Part shown: piece after piece, positions 1 to 12,814 of the stretch
Layout: every line of letters begins with the position of its first letter
Position numbering within the stretch: the first letter of the stretch is position 1
Source of the DNA: Haliotis rufescens
Lineage: Eukaryota
Reading direction: 5' to 3'
DNA: 64,000 nucleotides
Assembly (NCBI RefSeq): GCF_023055435.1
Contig: NW_025963846.1
Coordinates: 8,742,001 to 8,806,000, forward strand
The notes under the pieces: generated by a model
What the model saw: only the letters and a program-made list of their open reading frames with translations
What the model was told of the DNA's origin: nothing
Database searches by the model: none
Program-made: the position numbers and the translations under genes

Positions 1-222
1 TGGTTTTACACTGACCTCAGTGTCATTAATATCATACATTGTATACATAATTAACTGGTTTTACTCCCATCTCAATACTATTATTATCATACATTGTATA
101 AATAATTTACTGGTATTGCACTGACCTCAATACTAATAATATCATACATTGTACACATAATACACTGGTTATATCCCCATCTCAATAATATTGATATCAT
201 ACAATGTACACATAATTAACTG
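1..222. repeat. Degenerate ~56-bp minisatellite (4 copies)
   Basis: tggtt..ac...a.ctcaata....atatcatacattgta.acataa repeated. Confidence 0.8.
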
Positions 223-377
223 ATCATCAATAATAAGGGCCTCTAAATAGTACCAGGGCCGGGTCCCCATCCCATGTTGGGCGTGTAAGGCGGCCAGGGG
301 TCAGGCTCTCAAGTTCTACATAGCTATTACACATATTTAATTCTTAGCAGAGAGTAAACTGTTGTACAAGACATAAC

Positions 378-646
378 CTTTACCCCTAAAACCTTCAGGT
401 TAGAATCGGTCCCCAGCTTCCTTTACCCCCACCCCTAAAATCCTAAAACCTTCAGGTTAGAATCGGTCCCCAGCATCCTTTACCCCCACACCTAAAATCC
501 TAAAACCTTTAGGTTAGAATCAGTCCCCAGCATCCTTTACCCCCACACCTAAAATCCTAAAACCTTTAGGTTAGAATCAGTCCCCAGCTTCCTTTACCCC
601 CACACATAAAATCCTTAAACCTTCAGGTTAGAATCGGTCCCCAGCA
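378..646. repeat. 57-bp minisatellite (about 5 copies)
   Basis: cctttacccccacacctaaaatcctaaaaccttcaggttagaatcggtccccagc. Confidence 0.9.
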
Positions 647-841
647 ACCTAAACTCGTCACAAGAGAGGCAGGCGACGTGGTGGATCGGGTGGTCAACGA
701 CTTGGACGATGCATGTCAACGTTATCCGGCGGTGTGGATCGTTTCTAAGATATCAGTTGCTAGGTTTCTAATCCTGACTCGATTATTTACAGACTGCTGT
801 CATATGGCTGGAAAAAACACACAAACAAGCAAACAAACAAA
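626..841 (+). mobile_element. Degenerate family B copy
   Basis: ggttagaat...atcgggtggtc...gactcgattatttacagac...(caaa)n. Confidence 0.65.
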
Positions 842-1455
842 CCAGGGGTGATGTATACGCCCAGTGGGTAAAGCTCGTGACGCCATTAACACCCAGTCGC
901 TTCCCCACATGGTGTCACGATGGGATACATACAATGACAATACTAACACATGCTAAATCAACGTTACCCTCATAGTAATACGTTTTCAACAGAAATCTCT
1001 TGGTGTAATATTAAATCGGCTTATTTCTTGCAATTAGTCTCACACTTATGTATTTTATCGTGCCAGTAGGAGTGTGTGAATTGCTGCATCTTGATAATCA
1101 TGTTGTCCGATTGTCGCAACACCCTTACAGTATACTTATGAAAATCATCTTCCAAATCCGGCTTCCACGGGAGATATTGCTTGGGTGAGGTCAACGACAT
1201 CTCCAAGGAGATATACATTGTTACGACATCGGTTACCATGGCATCAGAATGAAAACTGTGATCTCTCTGCCATTGAAGTTGTTTGGCTGTATTTCTTACA
1301 CAAGACGCATCTTATTACCGTTTACAAACTGAAAATGGGTTCAGAATCCAATCTGTGATCTCTCTAGAAATACTAGCAAATACTAGAATCTAATTTAAGG
1401 GTGGATTTGACCAAGGGAATCCGATGCAAACACCACTGAATATTTTACAATGATT

Positions 1456-1705
1456 TTGTTTGTTTGTTGTTTAACGCCGCACTCAGCAGTATTCCAGCTA
1501 TATGACGGCGGTCTGTAAAAAATCGAGTCTCGACCAGACAATCCAGTGATTGACATCACGAGCATCGATCCACGCAACTGGGATACGATGCATCAACCAA
1601 GTCAACGAGCCTGACCACCCGATCCCGTTAGTCGCCTCTTACGACGAGCACAGTCGCCTTTTACGGCAAGTATGGGTTGCTGAAGACCTATTCTACCCCG
1701 GGTCA
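1456..1705 (-). mobile_element. SINE-like family B copy (non-tRNA structured head, (AAAC)n tail)
   Basis: About 240-bp dispersed repeat with ~10 copies in the window; motif tcgtaagaggcgactaa; shared 3' tail. Confidence 0.85.
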
Positions 1706-2113
1706 TTATGTAAATAGTACATGTAACCCCACGCCACGTGTTTGTTGCGAGCCTCTAAACAATATGTAACCACGCGCTTAATGACGTAATCAAGGGTGGA
1801 GCGTCAACCCACTGAACCTCAAAGTGTTCGTCACTTGCCGCTGCAGTTATGTTACAAACTAAGCTCCACGAGGTAAGATATTCAATAAGTAATGACAACA
1901 TACCTCAAAACGTAAATGCACATTTTAACTTGACCAAACCTGATCTAATGATAATTTTGCATCAGCACAATCGTATGCACCGATGATGTATCGACTGCTG
2001 TTTGTAAACGTCCTGCCTGTCATGTCACGTGACTGATGTTTTGCATCTATTTTTAACTTTTGACTGTAATGGGGTAATGACGGTAACAAGATGGCGCCAG
2101 ATCGACTTGTCTG

Positions 2114-2372
2114 GAGTGAGTGAGTGAGTTGTGTTTAACTCCGCTTTTAACAGTATTCCAGTTATATCGCGGCGTGTCAGCTTAATGTGGGAGGAAAACC
2201 CGAAGTGATGCAGATATAAGACGTTTACCACTTCGGTGAAACCCACGAGCACAGAAACATAATCGGGGGGAACAAAGATTCGAACCCACAATCATAGGTT
2301 TCTGGCCTGCCCAAGGGACGCAAGTCTGCACCGCGAATTGCGGCGCCTTAGACGACTGGGCCACCCGTGCCC
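2114..2372 (-). mobile_element. tRNA-derived SINE family C copy ((CTCA)n tail)
   Basis: A-box tggcccagtcgtctaagg, B-box ggttcgaatc; 12-bp TSD tcga(c/t)ttgtctg. Confidence 0.88.
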
Positions 2373-3427
2373 TCGATTTGTCTGCATCCGCGAACCATTA
2401 ACACTATAAAGTTAACAAGACGCGGTCATTTGACCATCAAAGTGTTACCAGAAATATATGTTCTAAAAGTTGAGACGTAATTTTAGTGTATTGGGATTGT
2501 TACAAGTCACGTTGTCAGAAATACATTTTAGGGGATCGAAAACACAATAAGCCAGGATATATATGTAAATAAGAATGCAATAATGATAAAAGTTCAATTT
2601 AAGGTAAAAATCTACTGCTTCATTTCAAGTAGTGATTTATCAACGTGGTATCTAAAAAACACATTTTTATTGACAAGTGATTTCGAAAGTCGTGTTCAGA
2701 GTGACATCCCTTTGCTGCAAAGATCTGCTCAGTTTCGTATCGATATAGACCCAATGGTACTTCTGAAACACACCTTTGATCAACACAATTGTGAACGTAT
2801 ATTAAATTGACACACCATGAAACTCACGAAGGAAATACTTTTCAAAGCAGCGTTAAATCAAAAGAATCGTTCACCTATTCATCTGTTTATCCTGTCTACA
2901 ACCACAAGATAAACCACGACACGATATCACTGACGGCACTCCTTGCACTTATAACCTCTAGTTGTGTGGAAAGTAAAATTTGAAATAACGCTAGATCTGT
3001 TGAACCCTCTTACGGATATATGAGGTCGTAAGTGTAAAATAATTGCTTTGATAACCTAGCCCGAGTCAAACCATTCCGCTCTCCTCGCGACCTTCCGTGA
3101 GGTCAGAGGTTCCGTGTGTTCAGACAGCAACTGACTAGCGACTGTCACAGATGTATTTGTTCCTGTCAAAACGCAAAGTCATGCAACCGGAAATGACTTC
3201 CGGAATCAATCATAGTGATTGGTGAGGCCGGGAGAGATCGCGTGTCTTTTTCTCAGTTGTTTGAGAGATGTCGGTTGTGATGTAGGCCACGGCCAACACC
3301 ACCACTTTATACCAACCCTTATCGACAATAATACTCCACCTCAAGACTCCCACGTCCTTACTCTATATCTACCCGTTTCCACACCTTCCCTGTCGCAACC
3401 TCAGTCGTTCACCAAGCTCAACCCAGA

Positions 3428-3875
3428 GCCCTACAACCACAGTCACGCTCTACAACCACAGTCACGCCCTACAATCACAGCCACGCCCTACACTACAACC
3501 ACAGCACGCCCTATAACCACAGCCACGCCCTACAACCACAGCCACGCCCTACAACCACAGCCACGCCCTACAACCACAGCACGCCCTATTACCACAGCCA
3601 CACCCTACAACCACAGCCACGCCCTACAACCACAGTCACGCCCTACAACAACAGCACGCCCTACAACAACAGCCACGCCCTACAACCACAGCACGCCCCT
3701 ACAACCACTGTCACGCCCTACAAGCACAGTCTCCCCCTACAACCACATCCATGCCCTACAACCACAGCCACGCCCTACAACCACAGCCACCCCCTACAAC
3801 AACAGCCACGCCCTACAACCACAGCCTACCCTACAACCACAGCCACGCCCTACAACCACAGCCACCCCCTACAAT
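3428..3875. repeat. 19-bp minisatellite (gccctacaaccacagccac)
   Basis: About 23 tandem copies; source of the Pro/Thr/His ORFs. Confidence 0.9.
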
Positions 3876-3887
3876 CAATGCCACCTA

Positions 3888-4140
3888 CACCCGCACCCGC
3901 ACTCGCATCTGCACTCGCACCCGCACCGCACCCGCACTGCACCCGCACCCGTACTCGCACTCGCAACCGCAGCCGCATTCGCATCCGCACCGCACGCGCA
4001 CCGCACGCGCACCCGCACCCGCAACCGCATCCGCAGCCGCAATCGAAACCGCACTCGCACTCGCATCCGCACACGCATCCGCATCCGCACGCGTCCCATA
4101 CCCGTACCCGTACCCGCGTATTTCTACCCGTAGCCGTATC
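3888..4140. repeat. Hexamer (CGCACC)n-type repeat
   Basis: cgca(c/t/g)(c/t) tandem units. Confidence 0.9.
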
Positions 4141-4859
4141 CTTGCCATACAGCTTAACCCACATACCACAGATACGGTAGACTAACATTTAGTCTCTGAA
4201 ATCTTATATTACACAATATCCTTCTTGACTTTAAAAATAAAAAAAAATCCCTATGCTGGAATAGAGCTAGCTTGAGCTGGCTAGACTTGCTTTTGTATGC
4301 ATTTCTAGATTATTATTTTTTCATAAAATAAATATATTCCACGGTCATGGTGCAGGACTACAGATACGGATTCTAGTCGAAATAAGTCGAGTCACAAGTG
4401 TCCATTTGAAATCTTTGCCGTTATTTTATCACTCCAAATACCCTCGGTGATCTAACACAAATGTAAATAGCAGGATTTGATACTCAACTAACTCCACAAC
4501 CTACGCAATCAAATTACATCCGGTAAGAACGTTTTTAAAATCAACTCAGTTTAACTGAAAAGCGTATCCTGTTTTTGTGGTTGACACATAATAAAAGCGT
4601 TTAATGTACATCCTCTTTGTTGTGCTTTGCCGGGCCTTGAACAGGATATTGACGAGGTGAGGGGGCTTTCATGACCATAAGTGACACAAGCCACGCTGTA
4701 ATATAATCTGTTTCCTGTTTCGTGTCGGATATTGGTAGTTATAACTAGTACAAGGACGATGTATCGATTTGGTGTATGGTGAACTTATCCTTCTTATTCA
4801 AGTGAGTGGGTGCGTGGGATATCACGCCTGCTTTAGCAACAGTATTCTAATACAGAGAC

Positions 4860-4860
4860 G

Positions 4861-4906
<46 letters not shown>
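4860..4906. repeat. (ATC)n microsatellite
   Basis: About 15 perfect units. Confidence 0.95.
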
Positions 4907-5171
4907 ACTCACTCGAACGCTAACTCACTCATTCAAATGATTGTAATCAAGTATTGTCCTCACGTTCGTCCCGAACCATGCCAGTTTGCCTTGTAATAAA
5001 GAAGGGTAGCCTGGTGGTCAAAGTGTTCGCTCATCACGCCAAATGTCCGGATTCGGTTTAAATGCTATTATGTCCTCTGGAAGAGATCAGCTTGTTTCTC
5101 ATATGGCTCATTTGACGGATGGCGTCGCCCGAAGATAAAAACAGCAGTTCACATAAAAATTTCGCAAGTTA

Positions 5172-5328
5172 GAGTGAGTGTGGTTTTATGTCGTTTTTAA
5201 GCAATATTCCAGCAATGTCAGAATAGGGGACGCCACAAATGGACTTAATACTTTTTACCCACATGGGGAATCGAACTCGGACCTTCGTGACGAGCGGACG
5301 CTTTAACCATTACACTACCCCACCGCCC
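5172..5328 (-). mobile_element. SINE family A copy
   Basis: Similarity to 30033-30195. Confidence 0.75.
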
Positions 5329-5811
5329 TCACAAAATACACAAACATTTACCTGCCTAAGGGATTAGAATTTGGTTTCTTCTAGCCAATGTTATATTGGA
5401 AATATAGTATCTGTAATGTACAGAGTTGGTTTTATATTTGGTATTGAATTCTGATATCGTGAAACAACTAAATCGCACATTGTCACTCCTTATTAACGCT
5501 TTACTCCCGCCCTATTGACGTCGGCATGGTAACTCGACATCACGTTTCTGCGATATACATGTTTTGTCGATGTTTTGACAATTTTAAACTAAAATGTCAA
5601 CCGTCACGTCAACAGGACGTTTCAAAGACGCAAACAATCCGTGAAAAGGCAGATTATTTTCAGTTTGTGATAGAGAATAGCCGTAATTGCATGATAAACC
5701 AATCCCCGGTCAGTGAACTCGCGGCTAATCAACAGTTACTTTGCCCATAAGAATGATAGTCCAAACCTCATCAAGTGAAATCTCAGAGACAGATTCTTGC
5801 TGAACAATTGA

Positions 5812-7440
5812 GTAGAACGGTGTGTAGTCCCTACTGAACATGTAAGTCGTCCTCACTGAACATTTGTGTAGAACAGTGTCTATCCCGTACTGTACATGTG
5901 TGTAGAACAGTGTGTAATCCTCACTGAACATGTGTGTAGAACAGTGTGTAGTCCCTACTGAACATGTGTGTAGAACAGTGTGTAATCCTCACTGAACATG
6001 TGTGTAGAACAGTGTGCAGCACGTACTGAACATGTGTGTAGAACAGTGTGTAGTCCTCACTGAACATTTGTGTAGAACAGTGTGTAGCCCCTACTGAACA
6101 TGTGTGTCGTCCTCACTGAACATGTGTGTAGAACAGTGTGTAGTCCTCACTGAACATGTGTGTAGAACAGTGTGTAGTCCTCACTGAACATGTGTGTAGT
6201 CCTCACTGAACATTTGTGTAGAACAGTGTGTAGCCCGTACTGTACATGTGTGTAGAACAGTGTGTAGTCCTCACTGAACATGTGTGTAGAACAGTGTGTA
6301 GTCCCTACTGAACATGTGTGTAGAACAGTGTTTAGTCCTCACTGAACATGTGTGTAGAACAGTGTGTAGCCCGTACTGTACATGTGTGTAGAACAGTGTG
6401 TAGTCCTTACTGAACATGTGTGTAGAACAGTGTGTAGCCCGTACTGTACATGTGTGTAGAACAGTGTGTAGTCCTCACTGAACATGTGTGTAGAACAGTG
6501 TGTAGTCCTTACTGAACATGTGTGTCGGCCTCACTGAACATGTGTGTAGAACAGTGTGTTGCCCGTACTGTACATGTGTGTAGAACAGTGTGTAGTCCGT
6601 ACTGAACATGTGTGTAGAACAGTGTGTAGTCCCTACTGAACATGTGTGTCGTCCTCACTGAACATGTGTGTAGAACAGTGTGTAGCCCGTACTGTACATG
6701 TGTGTAGAACAGTGTGTAGTCCTCACTGAACATGTGTGTAGAACAGTGTGTACTCCTTACTGAATATGTGTGTAGAACAGTGTGTAGCCCGTACTGTACA
6801 TGTGTGTCGTCCTCACTGAACATGTGTGTAGAACAGTGTGTAGCCCGTACTGTACATGTGTGTAGAACAGTGTGTAGTCCTCACTGAACATGTGTGTAGA
6901 ACAGTGTGTAGTCCTTACTGAACATGTGTGTCGGCCTCACTGAACATTTGTGTAGAACAGTGTGTAACCCGTACTGAACATGTGTGTAGAACAGTGTGTA
7001 GTCCTCACTGAACATGTGTGTAGAACAGTGTGTAGTCCTTACTGAACCTGTGTGTAGAACAGTGTGTAGTCCTCACTGAACATGTGTGTAGAACAGTGTG
7101 TAGTCCTTACTGAACATGTGTGTAGAACAGTGTGTCGGCCTCACTGAACATGTGTGTAGAACAGTGTGTCGGCCTCACTGAACATGTGTGTAGAACAGTG
7201 TGTAACCCGTACTGAACATGTGTGTAGAACAGTGTGTAGTCCTCACTGAACATGTGTGTAGAACAGTGTGTAACCCGTACTGAACATGTGTGTAGAACAG
7301 TATGTAGTCCTTACTGAACATGTGTGTCGGCCTCACTGAACATGTGTGTAGAACAGTGTGTCGGCCTCACTGAACATGTGGTCCCTACTGAGCATGTGTG
7401 TAGAAGTGTGTCTTGTCCTCACTGACGTGGGTGTAGAATA
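5812..7440. repeat. 34-bp minisatellite, about 1.6 kb
   Basis: actgaacatgtgtgtagaacagtgtgtagtcctc with interspersed 19-bp short variants. Confidence 0.95.
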
Positions 7441-8251
7441 GTCCCAACTGTAGATGTGTATTGTAGTGCTCTGCGCTCTACGCAAATCATAAATTAGGTA
7501 AAACTACATATAAACATGTCATTGACAACTGGTAGAATCGTTCTCGATGTGATAGGCTCCTACAAGTGAGGGAAGTGCGTGTTTAATGTCTGGCTATGAC
7601 ATCAGACTTGAACACACACCTTAAGGCTAATATGCTAACAATTTGCGAAGGGAATTCAAGGAAATATGTTATTTAAGCATTTGTTTCAGTAATATTTACT
7701 CAAATTTCTTTATCCATAACACACTATGGATTCCTATGCGTGTCCCTCTTTCATAACATGACAACTGGGAATGAAATAATGTTTCATCAGGACGAATTAT
7801 TTGAGAAATATTTTTCTCAATAGGGAATCCGTTTAGCCTGTGTCCCAGACCCCAGAAAATAGATTTAAAATGAATCTCAAGTCTAGAATGATTTGGCAAG
7901 GCTAGATTGCCTTTGAAATTAAGCATTGTTCTGGACTCCATTTGGATTTTTTTTTGTTAGTAGATATGTATTTTGAACCAAGATAACTTTATTTCCGGGA
8001 CTAAATGTTTCTACAGGCTCCTTACACAGGCTTCAGCGTCAACGTGTGGTGAAGTAAGGGAGGTAACCCTGCCGATACACATGGACACGCGTCTCCTCAC
8101 AAGCTCGCGTTGTTGCACTACATAAATCACACTCACTGGGATACATGCACACAATAACTACAAGATCTTGGGTACCAGAAATCAGACCACATTACCCCTT
8201 TCGGTTCTTTGTCGTGGAGTCAGATTCGAATGATAAATTAACAAAACAATT

Positions 8252-8853
8252 ACGAAGTTGATGGACGTTCTCATCTTCACAGTGAAATAGTCGTTGTAGT
8301 AGACGTCAAAAGACGAAGTTGATGGACGTTCTCATCTTCACAGTGAAACCGTCGTTGTAGTAGACGTCAAAGACGAAGTTAATGGACGTTCATATCTTCA
8401 TGTTTAAACCGTCGTTGTAGTAGACGTCAAAGACGAAGTTGATGGACGTTCATATCTTCACAGTGAAACCGTCGTTGTAGTAGACGTCAAAGACGAAGTT
8501 GATGGACGTTCATATCTTCACAGTGAAACCGTCGTTGTAGTAGACGTCAAAGACGAAGTTGATGGACGTTCTCATCTTCACAGTGAAACCGTCGTTGTAG
8601 TAGACGTCAAAGACGAAGTTGATGGACGTTCATATCTTAACAGTGAAACCGTCGTTGTAGTAGACGTCAAAGACGAAGTTGATGGACGTTCATATCTTCA
8701 AAGTGAAACCGTCGTTGTAGTAGACGTCAAAGACGAAGTTGATGGACGTTCATATCTTCATGTTTAAACCGTCGTTGTAGTAGACGTCAAAGACTAAGTT
8801 GATGGATTTCACATCTTCATCATTAAACCGTCGTTGTAGTAGACGTCAAAGAC
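8252..8853. repeat. 60-bp CpG-rich minisatellite (10 copies)
   Basis: agacgaagttgatggacgttcatatcttcacagtgaaaccgtcgttgtagtagacgtcaa; exact 60-bp period. Confidence 0.95.
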
Positions 8854-9025
8854 GGCCATTGTGATGGGCGAGATAGAAAGTCCTTTAACATCATAGCGCC
8901 ATAATGAAACCGGCTTAGTGACATTCGTCGCAGTTGGCGTTGTATAAGGCTCCATCACGACTTCGTGTTGCGTTGTAAAAAAACTAAAGGACATGATGTC
9001 AGTACCTGGATTGCCTGATCCACAC

Positions 9026-9237
9026 TTGTTTGTTGTTTAATGCCGCACGCAGCAATATTCCAGCGGTCCAATATATGACGGCGGTCAGGGTTTGAAATTA
9101 CGAGCATCTACCTACGCAACTGGGATACGATGACATGCATCAACCAAGGCAGCGAGCCTGACCACCCGATCCCGATAGTTGCCTCTTACGACAAGCATGG
9201 GTTGCTGAAGAACAGTTCTAACCCAGATCTTCACGAG
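9026..9237 (-). mobile_element. Family B copy (internally rearranged)
   Basis: Matches the family B head and tail. Confidence 0.8.
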
Positions 9238-9521
9238 TTGCTTTAACAAAGCGGTATTCTTAATGCCACACTGTAGTGCGTTCGATGCCATAAAATGTTT
9301 ATACGTGGATGCCAATATTTTAATGTTGAAATATATTTTCGTCTCTGTTTATTTTGCAAAGGGTCACAAATCAGAAAATGCCACTGCGCTTAAGCGTAGG
9401 CATGGGGATACTATCTACGTGTAAATCCCTTACACATTTGATGCCAAGACAAATTAAGTGATATTTTTCTGTTATGTAACAAGTCTACGACTTATATAGG
9501 ATTGTGGGCTGACATATCACT

Positions 9522-9778
9522 GTTTGTTTGTTTGTTTGTTTGTTGTTTAACGCCGCACTCAGCAATATTCCAGCTATATGACGGCTGTCTGTAAATAATC
9601 AAGTCTCGACCAGACAATCCAGTGATTGACATCATGAGCATCAACCTACGCGCTTGGGTAACAATGACATGCATCAACCAAGTCAGCGAGCCTGACCACC
9701 AGATCCCGTTAGTCGCCTTTTACGGCAAGCATGGGTTCCTGTTCAAAGAACTGTTCTGACCCGGATCTTCATGTGTCC
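9522..9778 (-). mobile_element. Family B full-length copy
   Basis: Flanked by a 9-bp TSD catatcact (9513-9521 / 9779-9787). Confidence 0.88.
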
Positions 9779-9925
9779 CATATCACTAAGATAGCAAAGT
9801 AGGAACATAATTGTGCTCTCAGGCCATTAAGCAAATGTCTGTCAACGTAGTAGAATATTTGTGAGCACATTTTAACACATTGTACTGAATAACGAAGATT
9901 GAACGGCAAACGGTTAGAACGAGAG

Positions 9926-10065
9926 AGTGAGTGAGTGAGTATGGATTTACGTCGCTTTTAAAAATATTCCTGTAATACCAAAGCATTTTAGGTACACCAG
10001 AAAAGGGCTTCACACATTTTATCCTTAAGGGAAATCGAACTCGGGTCTTCGGCGAGGAGAGCAAT
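9926..10065 (-). mobile_element. SINE family A copy
   Basis: Similarity to 30033-30195. Confidence 0.72.
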
Positions 10066-10627
10066 CTCAAAGCTACGATCCATCAAGATGCCGTCACATT
10101 TTAATACACAAGACAACATGTGTGTTAACGTTTATTTCAGGTGATATATATCCCAAATGATCAACATCTAAATTCTAACATTCACATCATCTTAACCTGC
10201 AAATCATCAACAGCGACGACGGACGTTCCAGTCGTCAACAACTCAACACCATTGTGAAGATGTCTTGTACTTGAAGCGGTGGTAAAATATCTAATCGCTA
10301 ACCAGCTGAGACCCGACCACAAAGGATCGTAGCGATACTACTTTTATACACGACACACGGCCGTCGTACCGCTATGACCGCTTTGTAGGTCGTGGCCCAG
10401 ACCAATATGATTTTATGTATTGCTAGGACATAAAGTGTACATAAAAAGATATGCTAAAATGTTTGACTGACCTATATTCTCTATTGGTTACTGTAAATCA
10501 TGAATTCAATGCGAAAGTTCCAAGTTTAATTGCTTGCATTAATAGTGTGACACTGCTCACGCACGTAGTGAACATGTGCAGCAAAACTTGTGGGGAAAAC
10601 ATAAAACTGCTAATTTACGTTCAAAGG

Positions 10628-10906
10628 TGAGTGAGTGAGTTGGGTTTAACGCTGCTTTTAACAGTATTCCAATTATATCGTGGCGTGTCAGCTTAATGTG
10701 GGAGGAAAGCCCGAAGTGATACAGGTCTCAGACGTTTACCACTTCCGTGAAACCCACGAGCACGGGTATGGTGCTGACAAACCTAGAAACATAATCGGGG
10801 CGAACCGGGATCCGAACCCACAATCATAGGTTTCTGGCGTGCCCAAGGGACGCAACTATGCACAGCGAATCGCGGCCTTTTAGGCGACTGGGCCACCCGT
10901 GCCCCC
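10628..10906 (-). mobile_element. SINE family C full-length copy
   Basis: Perfect 12-bp TSD tacgttcaaagg (10616-10627 / 10907-10918). Confidence 0.92.
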
Positions 10907-11724
10907 TACGTTCAAAGGATTGTTCTCTCTCGTGTAACAACACTAGTATAACATCTTGCAATCTTCGGTGACCCGACCTATCTCACTTGAAAATGCGCTT
11001 TTGGAATTTCCTTAGTTTGATTTCACGTCAAGCAGTTGAAGTTAAGTTTGTGAAGATAGCAAATGATAGTATTCGTTCAAACAGCTATCGCCTCATACTA
11101 TCCAGCCTACGGTGTTGGTATCAGTTTTTTTATGTTTAGTTTTTCCAGTTCTGTCAGGGCTACTTGCATTAAGTTTATGACGCATTTTAGGCCAAGGGTC
11201 GACACTGATTTTGTGACACATGAATTTCACGATTTACAGTATATTTACACAACTGCTGGTCATCTCAGGACCACCTTCACTCACTAAGCAAGCCAATACT
11301 ACAATTATGCTGGTTCCGCGATGGCCCGCCAACAGACTTGGACGATTGGAAACAGTTATATAAGACCATGCCGAGTATAAAGGATAGACGACAGGACAAT
11401 TACCCTTGTTATTATTGCTCATAGCGGAAATCAAGGAACATGTCAAGTTGCAGCTGATTTGATATCAACAATGTATAATAGATGTATTGCTTGTCAAGAA
11501 TCAACCTAAGACCTCCTAAAGGAGGGTTCATTTACCGCACGCACGTTGTACATGTACTACAATCCTATATTGGTCAACATTTCGACATAGGCCTTCAACT
11601 GTTTGGTAGAGTGCACCGCGGAATATATCGACAGGAGCAGATATTTTTATTGCACACCTGATAAATACATACTGATATAAGTAAAACATACAGTACAGTT
11701 TTTATAGCAAGCCCTTTATATTGT

Positions 11725-12280
11725 ATAGCTTGGTCCTTAATACATCTTCCCGAGGCAAGGGCGTTAACTGACTATAAAACTCCAGTTTCCACCCTTGCCG
11801 AACTAGGCTGGAATTTCGAGGCTCGATCGTAGCGCCACCTGTGGCTATTACGAGTTACGTCTATTCTATGTCCCTTCTTCTGACCAATCAGATCCATCTC
11901 TCATATCACTTGCATTTGCTTCAAACAAAATGGCGGCGCACAGTCAAGACGATCTGATCGATAATCAAGATCTATATTGTAATAAAACGGGTCTTACCCC
12001 ACGAAGTGCATGAAATCACTTGAGCACCTTGACTCAAAACATGAATAAAATTGCAAAATATCTGTCAACACCCAGTTGACGGTACTATTGCTTTGCAATT
12101 CCTGCAGTCGACCGAAATTTGCACGTTGAAATCCATGTTGTTCAAAAGCCGGATGTCTAGGTCTTTACGCGAATTTGATTGGTCTATGCATAGACTCGTT
12201 AGTCCAGCCAAAATTTTACTCCGGAATTATATAACGCAGTTAACACCCTTGCCTCGGGAAGATGTGCTTAATAGAGCTAT
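11725..12280. mobile_element. Non-autonomous TIR element (about 550 bp)
   Basis: 29-bp inverted repeat with 1 mismatch at 11742-11770 / 12237-12265. Confidence 0.65.
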
Positions 12281-12347
12281 GTGGTTGACCCATGAGGACA
12301 CACACAACAACCATACCATCGTCATATTGCACGGTAAGTTCCATTGC

Positions 12348-12814
12348 GGATGAGACGAGTCCCTGTTGAGCATAAGCATCTCACTACACACATCCACGAT
12401 ACACCAGACGCTCGATTCCAAGCTAGAGAAACACACTTAAGCAAACATTTCCTATCCCCAGTTCCCAACTGCATCAACTGATCGCTGAAAGGAAGTTTAA
12501 GTCTCTCATGATATCTCCATTGCGATACGTATCGTAAAGTAGACATCGTAACACGTATCGCTGGCCAGATACTGCAATACGTATCGTAAGGTGCATGTGA
12601 CACATATCGTAACGGTTATATCGAAATAAAGTAGGTGTTATCTCGATGCGTATCGTGAAGTATAAATCGTGATGCGTATCGTGAAGTATAAATCGTGATG
12701 CGTATCGTGAAGTATAAATCGTGATGCGTATCGTGAAGTATAAATCATGGTGCGTATCGTGATGCGTATCGTGATGGCTCATAATTGCAGCATCTCGCGC
12801 GTCGTCTCATCCCC
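12348..12814. mobile_element. hAT-like non-autonomous element carrying an internal 26-bp minisatellite
   Basis: 11-bp TIR ggatgagacga / tcgtctcatcc; many cgtatcg subterminal motifs. Confidence 0.55.

Noticed and set aside
1021-1239. 72-aa minus-strand ORF in unique sequence
   Set aside because: No recognisable motif; an in-frame stop lies shortly upstream; cannot be supported as coding.
3219-4188. 304-aa Pro/Thr/His/Arg-rich ORF and overlapping ORFs on both strands
   Set aside because: Explained by 19-bp and 6-bp tandem repeats; the 19-bp period cycles through all frames; no domain or splice support.
5812-8853. CRISPR-like appearance of regular arrays (also 17301-18250 and 39246-39735)
   Set aside because: Units are head-to-tail without unique spacers; no cas genes; eukaryotic intron-exon context.
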